From a virus (lineage: Duplodnaviria; Caudoviricetes), in IMG/VR virus record IMGVR_UViG_3300037296_000114, positions 1 through 61,371 of that record: DNA of 61,371 nt; one strand, given 5' to 3'. Of this stretch, positions 36,574 through 45,500 are shown piece by piece. The notes below the pieces were generated by a model, which saw only the letters and a program-made list of their open reading frames with translations, ran no database searches and was not told where the DNA came from. Numbering within the stretch: the first letter of the stretch is position 1; each line of letters begins with the position of its first letter. A program made the translations under genes and the position numbers.

Positions 36574-36885
36574 CTAGCGGTTGAAGTAGCCCTGCATACG
36601 CGCGCTTTCAATCTCAAGCCGCTCAAGGCGGCGGTTTGCCTGCTTCACGTCCTCATGCAGTTCATCCTGCTTGCGCATAGTTTCACGCAGCGACGTGCGG
36701 TCAAACTCGGACCACTGGCAGGTTACGGGCGTAACCACGTCAGATATAGCCTTAACGGGATCAACCCCATTCTTGCGGTTATAGTAGATCGCCGCGACGA
36801 TCATGCATGTGGCAAGGATCAGTATAAGGCCCGTCAGGCCAAACAGTTCACCAATGACAGTAAGTGCATTAGGTATCCACTCCAC
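36574..36885 (-). CDS. Lysis-cassette membrane protein (one TM plus coiled coil)
   Basis: N-terminal hydrophobic helix; last gene of the cassette. Confidence 0.6.
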   Translation of the reverse strand: MEWIPNALTVIGELFGLTGLILILATCMIVAAIYYNRKNGVDPVKAISDVVTPVTCQWSEFDRTSLRETMRKQDELHEDVKQANRRLERLEIESARMQGYFNR

Positions 36886-37330
36886 GGATGCGCTCCCAGA
36901 TCAGTTCCAAAGATATGGCGAAGCGATCTAGGTTCAGAATGAACAGCAACGAGTACCCGACCGCCATAGCCATGTAGATATATACGCCAGTGCTACTCGG
37001 TTGTTGGTGCATGATCGTGACGCTCAAATTCATCAAAAAAACAACTGCGGCAATGCAAGACGTGCCGCGCGCAATGGGCGTCCACATCATCCCTCTGCCG
37101 TTGATCTGGATTGCAATGGCGTAGATTGTCCCTACCGCGATACCAGAAAGCCCCAGACTTCTCCACGGCGGTCCGAGACCCCAACCCGCAGCAGACTTAC
37201 GCAGCATGTCAAATGCCTGCGCAGAAACCGCCTTATCTGGCCCCCAAGACAACACCCAAAGCCCCCACCCGAAAATGAGAGCGGCTGCAAAATACTCAAT
37301 AGAAGACATGCGTATCAACTTGGGAGCCAT
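36869..37330 (-). CDS. Four-TM membrane protein (holin/antiholin candidate)
   Basis: Four hydrophobic segments; located in the lysis cassette. Confidence 0.6.
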   Translation of the reverse strand: MAPKLIRMSSIEYFAAALIFGWGLWVLSWGPDKAVSAQAFDMLRKSAAGWGLGPPWRSLGLSGIAVGTIYAIAIQINGRGMMWTPIARGTSCIAAVVFLMNLSVTIMHQQPSSTGVYIYMAMAVGYSLLFILNLDRFAISLELIWERIRGVDT

Positions 37331-37335
37331 GAGCG

Positions 37336-37683
37336 TTACCCCGACTTTTTGGCTGCTGCGATAGCCTCGGCGGCGTATCGGCCAGCAATGGTTTTCAGGG
37401 CGTCAGGCGTTGCTTGCGGGATGCGCCGGATGGCGTCAGGCGCAGAGCGGTAAAGGTGTGCAAGAGCGGCGTTCTTGACGACCTCGAAGCCCGCAGTGGG
37501 GCCATTTTTGAGCGCGGCTGTAGCGCCAGATTGCAACGCGCTATGGATGGCGCGCTGGTCCTTCTCTTCGATCTGGATGCCGGTCCAGCGGGCGAAGAAA
37601 ACGGCAAACGCGGGGACCGCGATAGTCAAAGCGAGATTTGAGACCAGCGGAAGTACCGCCGTCATAAGTGCCATATAGTCCAT
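37336..37683 (-). CDS. Holin-like protein
   Basis: N-terminal TM, IEEKDQRAIHSAL motif; follows the endolysin. Confidence 0.6.
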   Translation of the reverse strand: MDYMALMTAVLPLVSNLALTIAVPAFAVFFARWTGIQIEEKDQRAIHSALQSGATAALKNGPTAGFEVVKNAALAHLYRSAPDAIRRIPQATPDALKTIAGRYAAEAIAAAKKSG

Positions 37684-37704
37684 TTTTTTACCTTTCAGGT
37701 TGGG

Positions 37705-38532
37705 TTAGGAGACGGCGCGATCCGTCCATTCGCGGTCAATGACCTCGAAGCCTGGGCACAGCTTTGCAGCTACCTCACGATGGCCCATGAGGCGGCGCAG
37801 CTGCGTGCGCTGTGCAATGCTCTCGATGTGGTCCTTCGTGGCGGCCAGCGTCTGCGGGGTGAAATAGTCCTCCGCGCGCTTTGTGCTTGTGATGGTGCCG
37901 ACCTCAATCATCAGGTGATGATAGACGCCGCGATTGTAGCCCACGGCACCGGCGCCATACCGATCCTCGGGGCGCGCGTCGAACCGTTCACCGTCTGGCG
38001 TGCAGATCGAGTGATAGCCGGTATCAGACCAGCCGCGCCCGCCACGGCTCACAGGGTCGGTGTGCATCCGGTGAATGTCCGCGACAATTTCGGCGTTTGT
38101 CTTGTAGCGGTGCCAATCACCGGGCACGGCGGCGCAGTGGATCATGAATGCGTCGATCACCGTGCCAGCCCCGCCTTGGCGCATTACCTCCGCATGCCGA
38201 TCCGGCAGGAGCGCGGGCTTGGTCGGCGTCAAAACCTCTGTGGATGCTGACACGCTGGCAAATGGAAGGCCGTCTGCGTCCACAAGGGCGCGCAGAGCGG
38301 CATATGTGTCGCCGTCGAAGTTGTCTGTGACGCCGTGGGGCAAGTAGCCCAGCCCCTCAAGGCCGCGATTCAGAGTGTTGATCGCCCAGATCGAGGACTT
38401 TTGCGGCCCGTTCATGGAAAGATGATGCGCGGCGGCGCGTGTGCGCTTGCCCCACCAGCCGTCTACCGGCCCCGCGTCTACGCCAAGGGACTTCGATGCC
38501 AACTGAATAAGGCGGTATGAGGGATGCTGCAT
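37705..38532 (-). CDS. Endolysin: peptidoglycan-binding repeats plus N-acetylmuramoyl-L-alanine amidase
   Basis: GPVDGWWGKRT; IHCAA...GWSDTGYH...GHREVAAKLCPGF; AGGAG SD. Confidence 0.9.
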   Translation of the reverse strand: MQHPSYRLIQLASKSLGVDAGPVDGWWGKRTRAAAHHLSMNGPQKSSIWAINTLNRGLEGLGYLPHGVTDNFDGDTYAALRALVDADGLPFASVSASTEVLTPTKPALLPDRHAEVMRQGGAGTVIDAFMIHCAAVPGDWHRYKTNAEIVADIHRMHTDPVSRGGRGWSDTGYHSICTPDGERFDARPEDRYGAGAVGYNRGVYHHLMIEVGTITSTKRAEDYFTPQTLAATKDHIESIAQRTQLRRLMGHREVAAKLCPGFEVIDREWTDRAVS

Positions 38533-38577
38533 TGGGAATACTCCTGCGCAATGTGACAATATGGCTTTCGGCCTGTC

Positions 38578-38614
38578 GCACATCTTGCGCGGGTATTCCT
38601 GACGCCTACCACAT
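38578..38614 (-). promoter_or_regulatory. Putative late promoter motif, copy 2 (upstream of endolysin)
   Basis: GCACATCTTGCGC-N10-GACGCCTACCACAT. Confidence 0.7.
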
Positions 38615-38670
38615 GTTGTGCTTTCGATAAAGGGGGCGATTTGTAGCGTAGAAAAACCCTAAAAGACACT

Positions 38671-38687
38671 TGTTTCTATTTGCAACA
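38671..38687. promoter_or_regulatory. Putative operator upstream of the terB cassette
   Basis: TGTTTC-TATTT-GCAACA. Confidence 0.55.
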
Positions 38688-38710
38688 TGTGGCAACTTCT
38701 GGCTGCTGCT

Positions 38711-38890
38711 GCGTGGCAACTCATATGTGTGAAGAAGAAGCATAGCCGGACTTAATCCACGCTAAGAATGGCCCCAGCTATCAGGGCAAAAGGCTGAACC
38801 GCAAAGCCTGACGGATAGCAGGCGGTGACAGGAGGCAGAGACCCCATACACAGGCCGCCAAAGGCCAAAAAAATTAGAGAAGGATTCTCC
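38711..38890 (+). ncRNA. Candidate structured 5' leader RNA of terB
   Basis: Stems GCGTGG/CCACGC, GCTATC/GATAGC enclosing AGGCT/AGCCT, GGCC/GGCC, and GAGA-AGGAT-TCTC over the SD. Confidence 0.35.
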
Positions 38891-38891
38891 G

Positions 38892-39323
38892 ATGTTTAAA
38901 GGACTTAAAGAAAAGCTGTCAGGTAGCGCAAAGCGCATGTCAGGCCGCACTGATCTGCTTGAAGCTGTTTGCGCTGGTGCGGCCCTCGTAGCGGCAGCGG
39001 ATGGCGACATTGACGATGCCGAAGTGGAGGCGACAATCAAAGCCGTTACTGCAAACGAAACGCTGAATACAGCCTTTGCCGCCAACGCTATCAACGGCTG
39101 CATTGAACGCATGCTTGACCGCGCCAACGGTGGCCGCGTCGGCAAGCTGGGTCTCTACAAGGAGATTGAGGACGTTGCAGGCAACGCAGAAGAGGGTGAA
39201 ATCGTCCTTTTGACTGCGATGGATATTGCCGATGCTGACGGCAGCGTCGATCCATCTGAAAAGGCTGTGCTTGAGAAAATCGCCTCCAAGCTGGGCCTCA
39301 AGTTGAGCAATTACGATGCTTGA
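38892..39323 (+). CDS. terB: TerB-family protein (P1 TciA-like)
   Basis: LEAVCAGAALVAAADGDIDDAE...IADADGSVDPSEKAVLEKIASKLGL. Confidence 0.9.
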   Translation: MFKGLKEKLSGSAKRMSGRTDLLEAVCAGAALVAAADGDIDDAEVEATIKAVTANETLNTAFAANAINGCIERMLDRANGGRVGKLGLYKEIEDVAGNAEEGEIVLLTAMDIADADGSVDPSEKAVLEKIASKLGLKLSNYDA

Positions 39324-39486
39324 TAAACTGCGCCAGCATGTTTTGGCGTGGACTACAAGCGCGGCCCTGACGCTCACAGGATTCCAAATATTCGCCCCCG
39401 CTATGGTTGATTGGATTCTGGACTTTGCCGTGGTCGGTTTGGTGTTCGTCGCTGCGAAGTTGGCAGGGACCGCGCCTAAATCGTAA
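39316..39486 (+). CDS. 56-aa two-TM protein overlapping terB (not in ORF track)
   Basis: MLDKLRQHVLAWTTSAALTLTGFQIFAPAMVDWILDFAVVGLVFVAAKLAGTAPKS. Confidence 0.65.
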   Translation: MLDKLRQHVLAWTTSAALTLTGFQIFAPAMVDWILDFAVVGLVFVAAKLAGTAPKS

Positions 39487-39511
39487 GGCAAAGCCAAGAA
39501 CCAAAATTCAG

Positions 39512-39545
39512 AAGCCCGCGCAGCTTGATAGCCGCGCGGGCTTTT
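39512..39545. terminator. Terminator between the terB cassette and the giant gene
   Basis: AAGCCCGCGC...GCGCGGGCTTTT. Confidence 0.8.
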
Positions 39546-39549
39546 CCCA

Positions 39550-42500
39550 TTATTTTCCTGACAGCAGCGGCGCCGCGTCGTCCCTGATCCGGTCGTTCAG
39601 TTTCGGATTAAGCTGGATGCCAAACTCGTTGCGCACGCTGGCCCGCTCCCTGCCCCCGATTGACTGTTTTAGGCTCTTGCTTGTGATCGGGTACTCGGGA
39701 ACGCGCTCATTGAAGTCTTTGACCTTTCCAACAACGCTCTCTGGCAGGCCGCGCCCCTTCATGACGGATTTTGCGGCTTCCTTCATAATCCCGCTGCGCT
39801 CCTTCATGATCCGCTTCTCTTCGTTCTTCATACGCGTGTTTGCGTCGTACCGCTCGGACAGGCGCGCAGGCGTGAAGCCGATTGCCTGACCGATGATTTC
39901 GCCCGTTCCAAACGTGTCGATGATGGGATCTCCGTTGTAGGTCTCTGCTCCGTCCACGGCATACCGGCCAGCGCGCATAGGGTCTCGGATGAATTTCGGG
40001 ACCATAGTTTCAACGCCGCGATACGCCTTGCTGGCGTCGCCCTCGCCCACACCCTCGGCCAGCGTGTCCGCGCCCTTGAGGATGCGCACCGCCATGCCCG
40101 GCACCGCGCCCAGAAGCTGCATGATCCAGTAGGTGTATTCGTCCTCGCCCTCCAACTCGCGGTCGGAACTGCGGAACCATAGATCAGGCATACCGATGCG
40201 CGACCGCAGGTCGATCCCAAGAGCCTGACCGGGCACGCCGTTCAGCATGGCGCCGACAACGGGGCGAGGAAGGTAGGCGGACAGCGCCTTTTCCATCTCC
40301 TTTTCGGCCTCGTCGCCGCCTCCAGCAAAGAACATTCCGGCGAACATCATCAGCAGCGAGTAGCCCCATGTGCCCTTGATGCCAGCGTTCAACATCATCT
40401 GCGCGGTGATCCCGACAAGCTGGCGCCGCGCCTCGTCTTTTACCGCCTGATTTTCGGCATTAATTGCTTGGTGAGTGTCCCTGAAAAGACGCCACAGCAT
40501 GTTGATCTGGAAATTTTTGAAGACTAGAGCCACCCTTGCCGTGTCGTTCTGCATAAGTCTCGGGCGCGACGTGTTCTGATAATCGAAGTGGGTTTTCCAC
40601 GTCAGGTCCGATGCAGCTTTCACCGCTGCATCCTGATCCATGCCCTTCTCCTTGGCCATGCGGTACGCTGCGAGGAATGTTATCTCGCGGTTGGCGCGCT
40701 CCGCATGGTGGAACATGTAGGATATGACGCCCATTACCTTTGTGCGGATGGCGCTATACTCAACACCGCTATCACCGATACCGGCCAGATCATGCGACTG
40801 CGACCTGTCGATCGCTCCAATATCGTATGCCGTATTCATCGCCGCCTTTTCGTTGGCCGTGATATGCTTGCTCTCCGTCAGGTGTAGCTTGTCCGCCCGC
40901 GTGAAGTCTGCCGCAGCTTTCGTCAGCGCCGCTGCGGCCTTCGCCTGTCCACCCTTCCCGTGGAACGCCCCAAGGACAGGGATGCCGACAACAACGGTCT
41001 GCGTCATGTTCACCAGCGCCGCAGCCGGTGTCATGCCCAGATAGTAGACAAAGGCCGCGCTGGTGGCCGCTTGAGACCATGCCGCCCCCTTCGGGTTCAT
41101 CGTGTATTCGTGGCGTTTGTTGATTTCATCCACGACAAGCCCAGACCGCACAGGGTCGCTGTCTCTCGCAGCTTCCGCCTTCGCCACGGTCAGCGCCTCT
41201 TCCATATCCAGCGAATAGGTAAGCCGCGCCAACTGGTGCGCGCTATGGAACATGTGATTGCCGTATGCGCGGAAAGCGTCGCCGGAAAAGCCTGGGGTGC
41301 CCTTGCGGTGGATCTTGGTCTTGCGCATGGACATGTCTGGGAGGGTCATAAGCCACCGCTGCCAGATCGCGTCCATGATGGCGCTGTCTGCGTCGATGCC
41401 GTCCAGCAGGCCGGTAATGTCCGCGACAAACGCAGGGTCCACGGCGTCCCTCATGGTCTTGGTGGTCAACACGCCGGTCTCTACGTCGTACCCCTGCGCG
41501 CGAAGTTCCTCTGCCGCCTGTCGCTGCTTTCTGGCGCTCTCGAACAGGCTGAAACTGACAACCTTCTTGTTCTTGTCGCGCACTGTGACTTGGAATTGAC
41601 CAAAGCGAGACAGTGGAAAGTACGGCCCTTGTAGTTTGTTGCTCTCGAACCGCTGGCGCAACTGGCGCAGGCGGGCGAGATTGCCCCAACCGCCCTTCTT
41701 TACGACGGTCGCAAGTTCTGCGTCCGCGTCCGCGATTGCATCATCGCGCACCTTGCCGGTCAGCCCCTCATCGTCAATCTCCTGCATGCGCTCGGCGTGC
41801 GCGCGCTCGGCCCGCCGCTTGGTGACCTCCATCGCCTTCGCGGCATTGGCTACAATCGCCTCCTGAAAGTCCCTGTCGATCTTGTCGTACCCGTCGCGCA
41901 CATCTCGATACATGTCGCGGTATGCCTTGGGCAGCGCGTCAAAACGCTCTTTCAGGTCGTCATAATCCCGCTGCCGCTTGGCCTCCTTCCGCAGCCGGTA
42001 GTTGGCCGCCTTGTAGCCGTATGTGCTGGGGTCGCCGTTGCGCACGGTCGCCTCGTCAGTGGTGAGGGTGATAGGGTTGTGCGGAAGTGTCGGGTCGATC
42101 CCCGCAATGGTGCTGTCGTGCATAATATCCATGAGGGCAGTATTCGACTTGCCGTCTGCCCCGATCAGCTTCCGCCAGCGCTGCGCCAGCTTGTCTGTGT
42201 CTGCGTGCTTTTCGTTGCGCAGGGTATCCATCTTCTGTTTCAGCGCTAGGTATGTCTGTGCGGCCGGAATTTTCCGGCCCATTTCAGCAATGAGGGGGCG
42301 GCCCGGGACAAGCGCCAGCAGGTTCATCCCCGACTTGCCCGCCATTGCTTGCGTCAGCACATCGCTCACAAACTGCTTGGACGTGGCCGCAGCCTTTTTG
42401 GCTGCTGCTTTGCTCGGTGCGCGGCTCTCGCTCACTCCGCCGCCCGGTCCCGTCGGGTTTGGATCACCGCGACCAGCCACGCCCCCATCAGCGATGGCCT

Positions 42501-45500
42501 GCATGACAGACGCTTGGCTGTTGAAGCCATTGCCGCGCAGCACGTTCGCCAGCGCCTCAAAGAATGACTTGATCTTAGAAATGGGGCCCGCCTCTGTGTC
42601 GCCCCCTGCCTCGCGCCACATGCGGTATTGCTCCGCGATGTTTTCCTCCATCAACTGTGCGCTGTTCAGATCAGGATACAGGCCAGCCACACGGTCCATT
42701 GTGGCTTTGTCAGCCCGCGCAGCACGCACCAGCGACTTCCATTCTGCGGCGGTAAACAGGCCGTAGGGCTTGCCCCATAGTTCAGCGTCGCGCAGCGCGT
42801 GGATGATTTCGTGACGCAGCGTACCAACGGCCCCATTGGCGGAACGCGCCGACACCTGAATAGCGCCACGGCCTTTGGCGTATGCGCCCTGCACCTCGCG
42901 GCCCTCCGCCAAGTTCATCACCGTGCGCAGAACCTTGGCCGGAACCTTCCCCCGCAAGCCGGTTGCTGCAATCTCCGCGTCAACGTCCGCCTGTATCGAG
43001 CGCAGTTCGTTGTTCGTCAGCGCCGGGGGCGGCGTGTCTGGGTCAACCATGCCCCAGCCTGCCGGTGCGCGCGATTCCTGCGTTCCAAAGTCTGGCAGTG
43101 TCTCGCCCGTGATCGTACGCGCCTCGTCCTTATGAGTGCGCGCTGTCAGAACCGTGCCCAGCGTCTCCTGATAGACCTTCAAGACCGCTTTCAGGTTCTC
43201 GGCATTGAGCCGCTTGTTGTATGGGCCAGACCGCGCGGAGAAGTCGCCCGCTATTTCGCGCACACGAGGGCTTAGAATGTATGGCTTCCCACCCTTCTTC
43301 TCAACGGTCATGAGGTAGTCGCCGCTGTAGGCGCGCTGCACCTTCAACACACCATCTTCTGACGTGAGAAGCGCGGGCGCGTCCCGATGTCCCGCCGTGT
43401 CAACAAATTGCATTGCCTGATCGAGGTCGCGGAATGTCACGTCCTGATCTTGCAGAGCCTTCTCCGCGTCGAAGTCCTTGGGCATAAGGATGCCCTGCCC
43501 CGTCGTGCCGTCGTCCTTGGTGTAGATCACGATTTGACCGCGCCCAAACTTCTCAAAGCCACCGATGATGTTGCCGGTGACAATCTGGCGCTTCTCGCGG
43601 GTTTCAGCCAAGCCGTTCGTAAACGCCCGAGTGACTGTTGCCTCATTGGCGTTCATCACGTCGTACTGTGATTCCTGCCCTGCAAAGCGAAGCAGCGGGA
43701 CGTTCAGTGTGCGCGCGGGGCTGGCAAGCGCAATGCTTACCTTGGCGCGGCCTAGAGCGGTCGGGTTGCCCTTCATCTTTGAAAGATCGACCCCCAGCGC
43801 GATACCATAGACGCTATCTACAGTGCTGCCCTTTTCCAGCACGTTGACCATCACAGGCTTGCCCACCTTGAATTTGTGCAGGAGGTCTTTTGTATCGGAC
43901 ACAGCCTTATCAAAGCCTGCAATTCGCTTATCTAGGCGGTTGATAGCGTCTGCCGCTTTGTCTTTCTGCTTGTCCGTTTTCGCCTCGGCCAGCCGCTTTT
44001 CAAGCGTCGGTCGCATGGCCTCCATCTTGTCTTTTTCAAGAACGGTCATTTCATTTATGGCGTCGATCTGACTTGCCATATGGTCGGCAGGGGTTTGACC
44101 GCCAAGCGCCTTGGACACCGAATCCGCCACCTGCTCCAGCGTCATAGGCTTGCCGATAACCTTCACGTCAACATCTTCAAGCACAGTGTCTCCGCCAAAG
44201 GCGCTGGACAGCTCTGTGCCCTCCGATACGATGGTGCGGCTTTCTGTGCGGGCGTCCAGTTCAACAACCTTTGCCTCAAGGCCGTTTTGCCCCATGCTAT
44301 CCAGTTCCTGAATATAGGACGTGTATAGGGTCTCAATGTCGTCAAAAATTTCAGCAACCTGTTTCGGGTCGAGGATCGCCAGCTTGCCTGTGAATTTGGC
44401 GGCAATGCCATCTGCTGTGCTTTTGTTCTTGGGGATAGCAACGCCGGTCAGCGCCGCCAGTTCTGGGTTTTCACGCAGGTAATCCAGTACGATTTCATCG
44501 CCATACTTGTTCATGAAGTCGGTCACGTTATCGAGGCTTACCGCCGACTTCTTGCTGGCCGTCGTGTTGGCGTTGAGTGATGCCATTTTCTTCATCAGCA
44601 CAGCAGCCGGCCGTTTTTCTACGGCGAGGTCGGAGACGGCAATCGTGTACTTTGGCAACTCGATCTGGCCCGTCCGGTTGACCCGGCCCAGCATCTGCAT
44701 GAAGGTGTCGATGTTGGGGTCGGGTTGCAGGATGAACATGTGGCGCACCTTGCCGTCGTTCTTTGCCGTCGCGTGCAGCGAGAAGCCGGTGGCGCCAGAC
44801 CGGTTGATAATAAGCGCGTCCATTTGGCCGGAATTAAACTGGTTCATCTGACGCTTGTTCGATGCCGCGCTGCTGTCACGGGACGCATACTTGCCGTCTT
44901 TGATGATCTTGCCGCGTCCGGTGACCTCGCCCACGTTCATGCCTGCTGCTGACAGGCGGTCACGGATATAGTCGATTGGCGAAGCTGGCATGCCTTGGAA
45001 GTCTACGCTGTCGATGTAGGCTTCAACGCGCTTCAACTCTTCCAGTGCAAATTCTCCACCGTGGATAGACACGTCCATATCCGTCATGTTGACATGCTCT
45101 TTGGTGTTTTCGTCAATCTTCACCGTGATCCGGCGCAGGCGCTGGACGTAGCGGCGCAGAATCTCGTTGAATGGAATATCGAAGTCGTCACCGATAGCGA
45201 TACCCTCATCTGACGCATAATCCTCCATGATCGCCGCGTTGGTGTTTGACAGGGCAATGATAGGCTTTTCGCCTCGCTTGTGGGCTTCAATCGCCTTATC
45301 GACTACTGCCTCGGCCTTGATCGCCAGCAGAACCTGATTGACGGCGTTGTGCATGATCGAAGAGAAGTTTGTGCTGGATGCCCCGGCGTCTCCGACTGCA
45401 TTGTCCGAGGCCACACCTTCGCCTTCGTCCTTGTAGGTTTCAGCAAAGGATTCGCGCGCATCTGTCATGAAGTTCTGATCGAGGGTGAAAATCTCACGCA

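Noticed and set aside
38777-38822. Canonical c-di-GMP-I riboswitch
   Set aside because: Lacks the GNRA tetraloop, receptor and full P3; kept only as an unassigned structured leader.
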